Positions 12,700-26,510 of a stretch of DNA of 64,000 bases are shown here, in pieces. The notes beneath the pieces are model-generated. The model saw nothing but the letters and a program-made list of their open reading frames with translations. It was not told the DNA's origin and did not search any database. Each line of letters opens with the position of its first letter. The first letter of the stretch is position 1. The stretch spans positions 40,424,001 through 40,488,000 of the forward strand of contig CM060733.1 in NCBI GenBank assembly GCA_030704615.1, in the 5' to 3' direction. The stretch comes from Takakia lepidozioides. Lineage: Eukaryota > Plantae > Bryophyta. Position numbers and translations under genes: made by a program.

Positions 12700-14130
12700 C
12701 CAGATCCTTCAATATGCCCAAAATGTCATACCAGCCCAACAATGGTAGAAACCTAAAGAATTTTCGGCAGCTCACCTACTCACCACCTTTCATTCCTTCA
12801 TTCCTGCCTTATATATCTGGGCGATGTCCAAGCATGACCTTGATATGCATGACCCATCTACTTAGAACAAGACCCACTTACGCTAGGTTCTTTCTTCTTC
12901 AACAAGGTGAACATGCACTTCACAAGTAATGCCCACATCTGTGATACCTGTGAAATTCCAACTAGTGAAGTTGCAAGATTAAAACTTGGACGGGTGTTGA
13001 GTGTACTCTATCATCGTCCATCTACTGTTTGTCCTCATCTCGCATAAGCCCCATGTGAACTTCTGTCTTCCTCAATAACATTCCATATTATCGTTGTTGA
13101 ATCTTGACCATTTGGATCGATGGGTCAAGCATATATCAAACAGATTTGGGCAAATGCCCTCGGGTATAACATGGAAGATCTTTTGGTTGATCATGCAGAA
13201 ACAACTTCAGGAGAGTTGGGAGTCTTGCAGGGGTATAGGCAAAACAAACTCATATTCAAAAGATAGTAGTCCTTTCCAAATAAAACTGAGCACTACCAGT
13301 CCCAACCAAAACGTGGCAGATTACAGCTAATTTTGGAGGACACTGCAATACTGAGCCTGCCGTTTTGCCACATCCATCCACGTCGTTTGGTCGAAAGATC
13401 AATTCCGGAAACCTATTAGAACCAAGTAGAAGATTTAGTATAACGAGGAAGAATAAATCCCAAGAAGGGAAGAGGAGGAAGAAATCCCAAGAGTCGAGGC
13501 AGAATATCAACCTGATTGGACATATCACGTAGATCAGGAAAAACTTAAGGCGCATGTATAGGTTCTCTGGTATGTTGTGATCACAACGCAAAGAGCCAAT
13601 CAGCACTGTAGCTCGTATCAGGCACAAAACCCTAGAGCACGCAACCTCCACAATATACAATTAAATGCAAACTCCCTCCTAAGTACCTCGACATGTATGC
13701 CACAGGTGACTTCAGAGAAACAGGAAACATGCTAAAAGAAAACCAAGTGCAGATGGGCCAAATACTTATGGATGCAACAATCTTGCACAATGGAGGCGCT
13801 GCATTATATCACTCAGGAAATTCTAATGCTTATCCTTAGAAAAGACACAAGAATCAGCCGGCAAGTATGGGAGTTGACGTGCTGTACCACCAGTCAGAAG
13901 GTGAAGATCTCAAGCTCCGATGGCAGAGGGAAATCAACACAAAAAACAGTGCCAGGACAAATCAAGCTTGCAGCTATCCAACCCTCAAAGTAGGAACCAC
14001 AAGCTGAAGCAATAATGAACCTCCTAGGACCCCAAGTTGTAAACATGGTGAAATCCCAGCAACCAAATAACTTCTGTGCTCTTATACCCCAAATGCAAAA
14101 GCCCTAATTAACCACAGCTGACAAGCAACA
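12700..14130 (+). mobile_element. highly degenerate non-LTR retroelement relic, possibly with RNase H
   Basis: A/C-rich coding-like strand with RNase H-like remnants in order (YATGDFR, GGAALY, QVWEL, MVKSQ, NHTADK) across broken frames. Confidence 0.3.
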
Positions 14131-14811
14131 TTAAAGATGAAAAAACAACAACAGGGATGAAATAGATGGGAGAAGATGATACCTGACTGCAGCTGAGCCT
14201 AAGGCTGAGCAGTACAAAACCAACAAATCCAACATGTGGTTGTTAGAGAAGCACATACAGATCCGGATCATAGCTTGAAAAAAAGTTGGAAATTTTCTGG
14301 AGCTAGTTATTGATTTCATATCAGATTTACTTGCTTGTATCTATGATTAGAGTGTTGTAGTCAAGAAAAAATGTGGCGGAGTGTATAAATGTGAACTTAT
14401 CGGGATCCAACAATACATTTATGATAGATACTGAGAAAAAGAAAATTCGACAGCAGACCTTAGATTATCATAAACATGCATAAGGGGACCAAAAGAGAAA
14501 AGGAATGTTGAACATTGAATATTTGAATTCGGAGTTTTACTACCATGTTGGCGCAGTGCAGGGCTGGAATCAATGCATACGGTCCGAAGGAGACTGTACT
14601 TAGAAAAGCCTACAGAAAAAACAATAGCAGCTGGTCCTTTGCAAGGCAAGATTAGAGCATTGGGTAGACACCAGGTTACCCATTTTGTTTACAGTGTACG
14701 TTGACATATATCGGAAAAGACACCACGATCCTGTTCAATCGGAGAATCAACAGGAAGAGAAATATAATGAGATGGGAAGATGGGCTTCAAAGATGGATAC
14801 CATGACTGACC

Positions 14812-15235
14812 TTATGCTCCCGAAAATTCGTTCTCGCTAGCAGGAGGTGCTCCTAGGATTACATCTTCCGGAGAAAGTCTTCCTCGTTCCAGAGATCTTG
14901 CCGGATCAGTTGCTCTTCCTTCTTCTGAAGGATCTCTTTCTCGTCCCGAAGGTCCTGTCTGTCGAATCGCTCTTCCTTCCAAGTGTCTTTCTCTCTTCGG
15001 GATCTTTGTCGTTGCAGACTCGCTCGTCTGCAACTCGCTCGTCCTTCCGATTCTCTTGCTCTCTTCACTATCGGAAGTTTTTTCCATCTCTCGGATCTCC
15101 GCTTTCACGCTTCTGATCTCCTCTTTCACTTTCCTGTACTCCTCTAGCACTCTTATGCGCTCAGCGACTAATGCTTCAAGACTATCTTTCGCATCTCTAA
15201 TTTCACGGTCCACAGCCTCCATATCAGTGTTCATC
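14812..15235 (-). pseudogene. coiled-coil E/K/R-rich ORF, frameshifted, function unknown
   Basis: MNTDMEAVDREIRDAK... continues in another frame as LRDEKEILQKKEEQLIR. Heptad-like composition. Confidence 0.4.
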
Positions 15236-17849
15236 TTAGAGCACAGAATCCAAAAGAACTGAGGAGTCAACCTTAAGATTAAGAAGAAGAGTCTCACGAC
15301 AATCACAGCTGCACACAAGTTAATGCAGGTTCGTGAACAAGAGCATATATAGATGAATCCATCTAGATGAAATCTTTGAGTGCAAGCACAGAATGCTTAT
15401 TGCATTGATGCACTGTACTCAATGTGTAAGCTGAGTTCATCGCTACACTCCATCGATATTATTGATCTGGTGCGTATATGTACCAGCCTACGGCCAGGGT
15501 CCCTCTCAGAATTAATGTGCAGTGCTCAAGTTGGCTTGCTCTGGACAAGGGTCACAACCCGCAGTAGGAAACGTGGTCCTCGTGCCTCTTTAGCGAAAGG
15601 TTCCCAGTAAGTTGAAATTATTTGTGTGGTAAATGTGTGTATAGATCTGGATACATGTGTTGGTCTATTTGAACTATAGCTGTACTTCATGTTCGTGTGC
15701 TAGCTCTTAAGAACTATACATCTAGATATTGTATTCTGCTGCTGTGGAATTTAAGGTTGGGTGCAGAATGCCAACCTCCACCCGGCTGAGGACCTGTTTC
15801 AGAAGAATAGGCTCGACGTTGTGATCATGCCGGTTAATTTCCTTGTCGGACCTGAAGTAGAAAGTCTCTCAAACGAGCAGGCTTCATCTCAGACAGGGAT
15901 CAGGATTAAAGAGCTAGATTATATGGAGTGAATTTTTCTGTATGTGGTTACTTGATTAGATGATCTTGCTGCCCGAGAAAAGGATATCAATCAGATAAAA
16001 TATTGGACAACCGCTTGAGCAGAGATTCTTTCGTGACCAAGTAACCCATCAGCTTTGAGTAATTCGGGAGTATGACCAAAAAGAAGATGTCCTTCCGTAT
16101 GTAAAGATGGTCATGTCAGCTACCAGTGTGATCAAGTCGCAGCAAGATGTATAAGTTTTGCAAAGAGTGTTAAAGGAGTGTTGAAGGAAAAACTCCTGGA
16201 CCGCAGAGCTCTGACTTGCGTACAGTCCCTTGACAGCTTTGTGAGGTCAATTAGCATATAATGTGGCTGATTCTACATACTAGTCCAGCCACATCCCAAT
16301 CTAGCATGTAGACCTTGTGGGGGTTGCACAACTTGAAGCTGGTGAAGTATGAAAGTACTTAACATGATGCTGAGATCACCTAACTTCTAGGAGAGGAATT
16401 ATTTAGAGCCTGCTCAGGGAGCTTCCTGAACATGGACTAGCTGGTAAGGAAGCGTATCTTCAGTATTAAACTACTTCTAAATTCTACACCTAGTTTACGA
16501 TTCTCGAGTCAAATGCACATTATATGTTAAACCCATGATGCTCGATCTGCGTTATCAATCCTACAAGTTGTGCCCCCATGAGGAATATTGCAAACTACTG
16601 TGGGCATGGAAAGTGTTGATCAAACTTAGTTCCCATAGTACTCCAGCCATCGATATATAGACTTAATTTATTCATCAAGTGTTGTTGCTCGCAGCTTCTG
16701 AATGTGCTCCCAGTACTTAGTCTTTAGAAGATCTTTAATAAAAGAATGGATTTAGACTTATTACAATAATGGTGATGAGCAAAGAGTAATCATGATTAAC
16801 TAGCAGTTGACGACTATCAGTGATCGACACTACAGGTGAGTTACCAAATTAGCGTTGTTAGCACGTCATCCATGAGAGGACCGAGAGGCTTCTCTAGATC
16901 TAGGTGCGGATCCACAGACTTAGTCTCGTGGATTTGGGGCCTCCAGGCTCTTCCCTCCGCATTAATCTCGTCTCTCCCTAATTTGAGGGACAAGTGTCTG
17001 CCGCCACTTGAGGGATGTATCTAGGTTATATTAGTGGGCCATAGACTTATAATTTTGGACTGTCGTCCGATTGATTCCGTGGTCTAAGGGGATTCTGGAT
17101 ACCAAATAAGCATTGTTCCTGCATACATCTGCATGGACGGATATTGGAGGCTACGGTTGTGACCAGGCCACCGACCTTCTGACCGCCAGCGAGATGAGAT
17201 TAGACTAACAATAAATATGTATGTACATATTTTAGATTATATTCATGAGCTTAGTTGTCTGTGTAGCTCAATCGTGGTGTGAGCTTCCTGGCTCGAGCCT
17301 GGAATGGTAAATTAAATGGGTTCATGCAATAGTAGACAATATTGTGCACTATTTGCAGCACGAGCTGCACTGTAAGTCTACGTTGTGCAGCTTTTCATAT
17401 ATGTCGGTTCAAAGTAGGCTAGTCAACTCCGCACCCATGGCTACTTCTTATACCCTACATGTCTCGTAAGCTCAAACGAGCAATTTTTAGACTTTCCATC
17501 CAGTGTGCTTCCAGGGTGTATGATCCTTATCTGTGCTGGAACCCACGACCCTCTGACCTGGGATCTTCAGAATTTTTATTCCCAGTTCAGAGAATTAGTA
17601 CTGGTACAAATCTGTCCCCATCCATAGTTAACCTGAGTGCTGTGGAGATAAAGGGAAAATTTAAATGAAAACGCGAGATTGAATGATGCTAGAGTGGACA
17701 AATTGTCCTAAATGATAATTAATGGACTCCCCAATTTGAATTAGGAGGTACTCTTCTGTACACTGATCACTCCTAATCTCATTAAGGACTTTGTAAGTAC
17801 ATATATCACATGGTAATCATCTACTCCTGCAGGGATAGCCTGCTTGCTC

Positions 17850-18310
17850 AAGTGTGAGCGCCTTAGGAACAGGCAACATTAACTCCTGCGTTCGCTGCAA
17901 GAGAGTCGAAAATATATTGTGGATGGCTTCATGCAGGATGGCGTGAGTGGCCAGTGGCGCCGATATCATGCATAACATCTGCGAGCTTTCAATGGTTAAC
18001 CCGAGTTAGTTCCAAGGACATTTGCTAAATTGCTATCAGTCCTCAAGATCCTGCCACAAAAGAGTAGCTAGTGCTTGTGTAATTTCTTTCAACACTAAGT
18101 TACAAATGATTTTGTTACCTACATTATTGCTTACTGCACAGTGAGTGACCACAACGATCAGAAATTTTAATGACCAGGTTTGAAGGGCGGGCCCAATACC
18201 TCGACATTTCATGTTGCAGGGCACTGTTGACAAGTGCCCAAGTTATTTCAAGGGAAAATAGCGCCTTATCAAAGGGCCGGAAGGGTGTCAATTGATGGTG
18301 ATGGCTTACA
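17850..18310 (-). pseudogene. SAMHD1/VENOSA4-like HD-domain pseudogene fragment
   Basis: In order on the minus strand: IDT, IFP, RCGHSL followed by a gtaag donor, then KLADVMHDIG-HWPL(S)H after small indels. This resembles RFEHSLG...LHDIGHGPFSH. Confidence 0.45.
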
Positions 18311-21188
18311 GTAGCAATGCAATCAAATGATCTGGACTGCAATGAGTATCGTATGCAGATAAAAGCTCATGGCTATTGTGAACCAAAATGAACTGGTTGG
18401 ATTGACGTCCTGCACGAAGTCTACGTATTGTAGCAAGTTGTAGCTGGTAGGTACTGCATGATATGTTGTATAACATATTTGATGCTTTAAGAATGTTTAA
18501 GCTGCTTCTGCAGAAGTACTCAAGTATATCTATGTACACTTACAATGTAAACTCTTCGAAAGACTAGAGGTTCGGCTGTCTAAGTGGTTGTACCGCCAAC
18601 CAGGCGAGCAACCAGGAAAAATCCAAAACACCTTACCGCCCCTTGGAAGAGCTTCATCTTGTGTAGCTACACGAAAAACTCCACCGAACCTTGCAGTACT
18701 AGTGCCAACTTGAGTGACGCAATCGAGAGATTCAATGTCTGCTCTAGCAGAGCAAAACCGATCAATCGATGGTAGTGCTTGAAGGAGGCTTGAAGGTCAA
18801 TAACAGAAATGGTCGGTTCCTGCAAGACTCGAGGATGTTATCACTGAAAATCTCGATAAACTCCATGGATCCATATCGGGTCGGTATCATGACCAGGTTC
18901 AGTGAGTCCCCATAAAAAGAGCCTTGACGCGTGTGAGTGGATCCGATCATCTACAAATCTGGCCAGCGTTGCAACTTGCTCTTGCAGAGCGACGACGTCT
19001 TCGTCGACCCCAGCGTCCAGTCTGGTCTTGGTCCAGCCCTGACTACAGTGAAGTGAGACTGAAATTGTACAGATGCCAGGCATCCTGCAAGACCTGCTTC
19101 GCTTTTGCTTTTCAGCATCCTGGAAGCACCAGTTGTCCACATGTTCTAGGCACTAGGAGTCTTCTCATCGCCTCTGTGCAGCACGCCAACTTGCACCGTG
19201 AAGCTTCCTGGTTTTACCACGGGTTATCAATCCATGGTTGTAGACACAACCCCCTACAACCCCCAAAATCCCAACGGGCGTGGTGCTTTGAGACTGGGAC
19301 AATTTTGTGGTTGACAATCCCAAATTTACACAGTTTTGCCGCCTGACCTCTCCCGCCTTCGACAGTAAATAGGGCGACGCTGGACAACATTCAAAGGGGC
19401 GCTCCTTCAAGGGCTGTATGACATCCAACCATCCCATCTCCACATGTTCCGCATGTTTTCAATAACCGATTAACATGACATCAACACATGGAGAGCTCGT
19501 TAAATCGTGCAAAATACATCAATGACATTTTCAACGCTGTTTGCACCATTAAGCACTTGGAAGGTGGATTGCCTTTCCCTCTCTTCCCCTACCGCAGAGC
19601 TTGTCACGGTCAAAGAGAGAGTTTAGGGCAGGCGCCTGCAAACACAAAGTTTAGGAGGTAGCCAGGTGCAGCTGAATTCATATTTTTAAATCTAATCTTG
19701 ACATGCATATAATGTACTCATATGACATACAAATATTTAGTACATATGGGATACTGTAATACGTTAATAAGTGAATCTTACCCACAATTCCGTTGAACTT
19801 TCATACATTTTGCAGTTCAATTGAACTTTGTAAAGTTATAACTTGAGTTTAAAGGTCTTTTTGGTAATTGAATTGCGAGCTGATCAAGGGATCTGCAAAG
19901 TGCAAATGGCAATTCGATTGGATTTTACATTTTTGGTATGTGACGCAAAAGTTACGACGGTGCGTCCGACTAGTCCGACCCAGGGCGTTAAGGGTTAAGT
20001 GCATAGGATACCTGCCAGCGAGTGTGGAAGACGGAGTACACGTATACAATGTCACAATGTCTCGAGATCAGCCTGCGAGAGGTGATGTTAGGAAGGACTA
20101 TATAAGGACCAGGTGTGCATACGTTCCACAGTTGTCTTGAAAGCTACGTAAGTGGCTTTTACAGAGTACGTACGTACCGGGTGTTAACTCTTCGAGCGAA
20201 AAATTTCAAATGTCACGTGCTCGTACATGAAATTATGCAACTTGGCCTGCAATTCGAATGAGCACAGTTTGCTTTTGTACGATGACGTGATGTAGAATTA
20301 TGATCTGGAATTTAATGTGATTCAATTAGTAATAATTTCAGACGTGGATTGAGATTTGAGATATGTTTGAAGACTTCGGACCTGGAGTAGAGACTCATGC
20401 GGCTGTGCAAAATAGGCTGTAAATCCATTGCTTGGTTTATTAACTCAGCCCCTGGCAATTCCATCAAATGTTGTGAATAATTTGAACTAGGCTCCCTCAT
20501 TTCTCGTAGACACATGGGGATTCCTGATGTATAGCACTGGTCGACAGGTAGAATTTGATCCCCAGCATCTACCTAGCTAATTGCAATAGGCTTTAGCTAG
20601 ACTCAGGACCTGGGTATATGTACAGGCAGAGCTAGGATTATAATACTCATTAGAACTTTTCGGTTAGATCTATCTACATTGATTAGATTTTGTGTACACC
20701 ACCATCATCACGTTTAAGAAGTTTTCCATTGAAACTGCAATTTTGATATTATACAGGATCTAGTGCTCAAGAATTTATAGTACTGCTTCTGGTTCCAGCT
20801 AGATTCTCACTAGCTAGATATATACTGGTGCACCTGTACTCAATAGTGGATTGAGAGTGGATTCACCTTTACTAGACTTCATCCAGCTTTACGAGCCCTC
20901 TCCGTCTCTCTGACTGAAGCGGATTTTGCAAGCCCCCCTCTCTCTAGTCGTTTATTTTATCGATCCCATCGGCCACTATAAACAGCTTTATCGAACAGTA
21001 CTGTCGTGAACGATTTTCTGGAATTCTGTGAAGCGTCCCATTGAACTGATCCGGGTCTGGCAACCAAAGATGTTCGACTGGACCTGTAGATCACCATGTT
21101 ATAAGAACTGAATGATCCAGACAATTTGGCCCAAGTTGGAAGGCGGTACGCACTAGCACCCTTAATTTGAGCCATTCTGGCTAAGTTC

Positions 21189-21600
21189 TGTTGAAAAACT
21201 CAAAGCACACAATACTATCTAGAACAACAATTCAAAGATTCAGGCAATCAAAACACACGATGGTATCAGAGCACTTTACACTACTGCAATTCCACCATAA
21301 GGCATCAACATACAAAGAAGTTTTCAGCAAATCAAAGACTCTCTCTAGTAAGCCTAAATACTATTCATAGTAACGATTGCTCGGCGCCGGCGGGAGTCTA
21401 GTAATTCAAAATAATGCTGTCACTATCCATCCGTAAATAGTACACAGTAGCAACACCTTGGCCAACTGCATGTCTCCGTTAAATCCTAGTGTAACCTAAC
21501 TGGCCTCTGACTTAGATATTCCGTCATGGAATAAATCAGTGTAACTCGTAACTCTTGATGTAACATGGTCACACTGCGATTTCAACCAGAAAAAACAACA
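21189..21600 (-). repeat. Copia-1 3' LTR
   Basis: Direct repeat of 26091-26510 with about 7 substitutions and one 8-bp indel by eye. Confidence 0.96.
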
Positions 21601-21702
21601 CTCCCACTCACTGGTTATTCCATGGCAAAAAAAAAATTCCTACGTAAACAAAATGAATAGCCAATGTGTGCACAAAAAAAAAAAAAAAAAAAAAACTCAC
21701 AC

Positions 21703-24700
21703 TCAGATTGGTTGCACTATCAGTCCAAGCATGCTACGGAATCGATTAAACTTGTCAGCGGTAAGAGGCTTCGTTAAGATATTTGCGATCTGTGCATTCG
21801 TATTCATATACGTCATCTGGATTGCACCCTGTGCCTGAAAATCTCGCAGCATATGATATTGCACATCAATGTGCTTTGTTCTTCGATGAAACTCCGGATT
21901 CAAGACCAATTGGATTGCACTTTGATTGTCTGAATATAAGGGAGTAGGGTCTTTCTGTGTGTGCCCAAGATCAGGCGGCAACCTTCGTAACCAGATTGTC
22001 TCCTTCGCAGTTAAACAGGCTGCTATGTACTCTGACTCTGTCGTGCAACCTGCTGTGTACATTTGTTTTCTGCTCACCCACGTAACAGCTGCTTGATTGA
22101 GTAATGTGACACTCCCACTTCTAGATCGTCGATCGTCCAAGTCCCCTGCATAGTCAGCATCAGCAAAAGCCGTAAGAGTGTTTGAATTCTTGCAACGTGA
22201 GTAGCACAGACAATAGTCTGTTGTCCCCCTGAGATATTTGAATATCCTCTTTACAGCTGTGCAATGAATTCGTTTGGGATTCTGTGAATACTTGGCCACA
22301 GTGCTGTCAGCCGCATATGCAATGTCTGGCCGTGTGCCAATCATGGCGAACATCAAGCTCCCAACTGCCTGTTGGTAAGGAAATTCATGTTCCTCTTCTT
22401 CATCTTCACCTCTTGGTAAATGCAACTGCACATTGGGATCTGCAGGTGTACTCACTGTATGTGCATCCCCAAATCCAAATTTCTGGATTATGAACATCAC
22501 GTATCGGTGTTGGTCTATGGTGATCGATCGCAATCCCCTGTTTCTTTCAATGTGAAGGCCAACATAGCATTCGGCGCTTCCAGCTTTAACTTCAAATTCC
22601 TTGTTAAGAAAACTAATCATACTATCCAGTATTTCTTTGCTCTCCGAGCAACCTAGCCCGTCATCCACAAAAATGGTGGTGAATAACTTTGGCGCTGAGT
22701 TGCGAAAATACACACAAGGGTCTGTTGCGCTGGGTTGTAGGTCATATTTGACCAGAAAATCATTGAACCTCGTGTTCCATGCCCTCAATGCTTGACGAAG
22801 TCCATATAAACTTTTTAATAGTCTACAGACTATCTTTTCTTCTCCTGGCTTCACATAGCCTCTAGGCTGATCCATATATATCTCCTCCTGTAACTCTCCA
22901 TGCAGGAAAGCGGTTTTTATATCGAACTGAATCATTTCCAGATCCTCAGCGGCAGCCACTGCTAATAGGGTTATGATTGAATCGAATTTCGTAACGGGGG
23001 CAAAAGTTTCTTGAAAATCAATTCCATACTCCTGCGAGTATCATTTTGCAACCAACCGGGCTTTATACCTCTCAATACTCCCATCTGCTCGAGGCTTTAC
23101 CTTGTATACCCATTTGCACTTCACTGTGTGTCTTCCCTTTGGCAGATCAACAAGCATCCACGTTTCATTTTTGTGTAACGAGTCAATTTCTTCCTTCATT
23201 GCTAGCTCTCACTTAGCTCGATTAGGAGACATCATCGCCTCCTCATACCGTTTTGGCTCCTCTAGTAATGGTATGTATTCAGTTATTCCAGCAAACGTAG
23301 GGTAATTACTCTCCCACTCGCCGAATTGCCTGTGGTGGTCGTCGAGATCGACATACTTCTGTTCCCTGACTTTGCAAGCTTGGTGCAACCCGCTCAGGCC
23401 CTGTGTTTGCTGCATGAATTTCGCCTTCATCCATGGCAATAGGTAGATCCACTACTAGCTGAAGCTCAGGATGCTCATTATGCTGGTCAATCGTATTCCC
23501 CTCAGAATTTTGTACTTCTGGAGCCATTTTGTCTCCCACTCCCTCAAGTACCATAGTGCATGTGTTAGGTCTGCTCATCATTTCTTCGATGGGTGAAGAA
23601 TTACGGTTACCCTTCTCATCTACTAACACATCACGGCTGATGACTATGTGCTGCTTCTCAATATCCCATAGCCGATACGCCTTAGATTCCACACTGTAAC
23701 CAAGAAATATGCACTTTTTGCTCTTGGCATCCAATTTTTTTCTCAGCTCTTTGGGTACATGTGAATATGCCATGCTACCAAACACTCGTAGATGGTTGAT
23801 GTCAGGTTTCTTCCCATTCCAGGCCTCCAAAGGTGTTTTCCCATTCAACACCCTGGTTCCCGTTCGATTTAGGGTGTATGCAGCTGTAGTGGCAGCTTCT
23901 GCCCAGAAATTAGGACTGAGACCTTTTGCTTGCAGCATACATCTAACTCTTTCAACCAGAGTCCTATTGTCCCTTTCGATGACACCATTTTGCTCTGGGG
24001 AATATGGCGCTAAAAGTTCCTGCCGAATTCCATTTCTCTCAAGGAAAGTCTTAAATTTTGCGCTCAAGAATTCTCCTCCTCTGTCGCTTCTAAGCTTTCT
24101 CACTGTATGTCCTGTCTCTATCACCGATTCCACACACAGCTGCTTGAAGAACTTGAGAACTTCTCCTTTTGTTTTCATGCAATACAAGATCTTATAGCTG
24201 CTATGATCATCTTTAAACATGACAAAATGTTTGGAACCTCCATGCGAGTCTACATTCATTGTACACACATCAGCATGGTAGAACTCTCCAGGAGTCTGAA
24301 CCCTCTCACGTTCTTCATTTACTGGAAACGCAACTCTGTGATTCTTGCCCATGGCACAACCTTCACAGAACTCCAGATCTGCATTAGGGTTCAGTATTTT
24401 CATACCATCGACGATCTGTGTTTTCTCCATTTGTTTAATCATGTCGACACTGATGTGTCCAAGTTGATCATGCCACCTTTGAAGACTTGCTCCCCCAATT
24501 GTCACCGCCACATTTGCTTGAATATTATCCGTCGACAATACCATGTTTGCTTGCAGAGATTCTCCCGTAATCACTTTGATTTGCAGTTTCCAAAGGTTTC
24601 CCTCTCTCATTCCAGTCATCATAAGAGGTCCCCTTCCCTGATTTGCATACAGCTTACAAGTACGCTTATCATAGATGACGATGTAATCTCTGTCTACAGC

Positions 24701-25954
24701 CTTCGCTACTGAGAACAGATTCTTTCTGAGGTTAGGTACAAACAACACGTTGTGTATTGTTCCCTTTCTCCACTCACTTCCTGCTAGGGTTAGGATATCT
24801 ATATCCCCTATTCCACTTGCCCATACTGCAACATCAGTGGCAACTTGCACTCCCCAACGATGAGATTCAATCTTCTTAAGATTTTTGAACCATTGCATCT
24901 TGTTGGTCATGTGCTCAGATACAGCATTGTCCGAGTACCAGGATATATCGTCTTCATCGCCAACTTTCTCTCCAATTGACGTGCTGTTGTACACTGCTGC
25001 ATTAGCATTGCTAATATGTACAATCTTTACCAGATCATTGACAATGTTCTGATCAGTGTTTCTTCCTTGTGTCACTGAGCCATCATCGACACGCTCTCTT
25101 TCTTCATGATGAAATGCAGTGGCAGCATAGGCATCGCTCATCTTAATGGATTCCACCATGTTAGCAGCGATACTCTTCGTACATTCTCGCTCCCAGTGCC
25201 CAACTTCACCGCAGGTATTGCACCTCGTTTTCTTTTTCAACTCCGCTATTCTTTCAGCTCTCTCCTTCTTCTGCTCCTTTGTCAGAAAACTTCCACCGCT
25301 TGTGGATGAGTTATGTCTTCCTTTGACATGCTTTGTGAAGAAAGCTTTATCCATAACATCCTCCGTGTTTCCTCGCGCTTTTCTCAATGCTTCTTTCTTG
25401 AGTAACCTAGATTGCAAGTTGTTCAACGTCCTCTCGGCAGCGGGTACACTATCCCATGCATCTAAGATGTTCTCATAGCTTGGAGATAAAGTGCACACTA
25501 TCTTTGCCATGATAGCTGATTCAGTCATCTTCTCACCAAGATCACTCAACTATTTTGCCATCAGTTCTATCTTGCTGATATAACTGGAGATGCTCTCATT
25601 TTCTTCCATCTTGAGATGATACATCTTGCTTTGTAAGACATGAATGTTCTCGGTAGCATTTTGCTCATGAACTGCCACTAGTTTCGCCCACATCTCTACT
25701 GAGTTTGTGCAGTTTACCAACTGTTGCAAGTGATTCTTATCTACTCCTTGAGTAATATGCATGCAGACATTGCTGTCCCTATCATCTCATTCATCTTTAT
25801 CCGAGGCCACTGCTCTCAAATCCTTCCCACTGACAAGAGACCATAGCTTCTTGGCTCTTAGGATAATCATCATTTGAAACTTCCATAGAGAAAAATTCTC
25901 TCCTGAAAATCTCTCTATCTGCATCACATCTTTCGATGTGGTAACTGAACTCAT
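21703..25954 (-). pseudogene. Copia-1 gag-pol polyprotein (interrupted)
   Basis: CNTCGEVGHWEREC, WYSDNAVSEHM, LRSDRGGEF..PEQNG, FDIKTAFLHG, FVDD, DADYAGD, TKHID. Confidence 0.93.
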
Positions 25955-26090
25955 CTTTGCTGCTATTTCCTAGATCTCTCTGCTAGTTCTAGTTTCATTC
26001 GTGAACAAGATCAAGAAAGAACTCTCAGAAATAAAATTGTTCACGAAAGCACTCTCTGATTGAGCTTCAAACGTTTGTGGGCCCATAACC

Positions 26091-26510
26091 TATTGAAAAA
26101 CTCAAAGCATACAATACTATCTAGAACAACAATTCAAAGATTCAGGCAATCAAAACACACGATGGTATCAAAGCACTTTACACTACTGCAATTCCACCAT
26201 AAGGCATCAACATACAAAGAAGTTTTCAGCAAATCAAAGACTCTCGATAGTAAGCCTAAATACTATTCGTAGTAACGATTGCTCGGCGCTGGCGGGAGTC
26301 TAGTAATTCAAAATAATGCTGTCACTATCCATCCGTAAATAGTACACAGTAGCAACACCTTGGCCAACTGCATGTCTCCGTTAAATCCTAGTGTAACCTA
26401 ACTGGCCTCTGACTTAGATATTCCGTCATGGAATAAATCAGTGTAACTCGTAACTCTTGATGACTTGCAGTAACATGGTCACACTGCGATTTCAACCAGA
26501 AAAAACAACA
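26091..26510 (-). repeat. Copia-1 5' LTR
   Basis: Adjacent to the PBS and flanked by the TSD. Confidence 0.96.

Larger units (their letters stand above)
21189..26510 (-). mobile_element. full-length Ty1/Copia LTR retrotransposon (Copia-1)
   Basis: LTRs 21189-21600 and 26091-26510; 5-bp TSD AGTTC (21184-21188, 26511-26515); PBS GGTTATGGGCCC (26079-26090); PPT (21601-21608); gag-ZnK-PR-INT-RT-RH order with a few stops and frameshifts. Confidence 0.97.

Noticed and set aside
20000-20300. ACGT/G-box cluster as the SMF promoter
   Set aside because: Short motifs, and the gene's true start cannot be located, so it is unsupported.
23709-25478. Long plus-strand ORFs over Copia-1
   Set aside because: Antisense shadows of gag-pol with no independent motifs.
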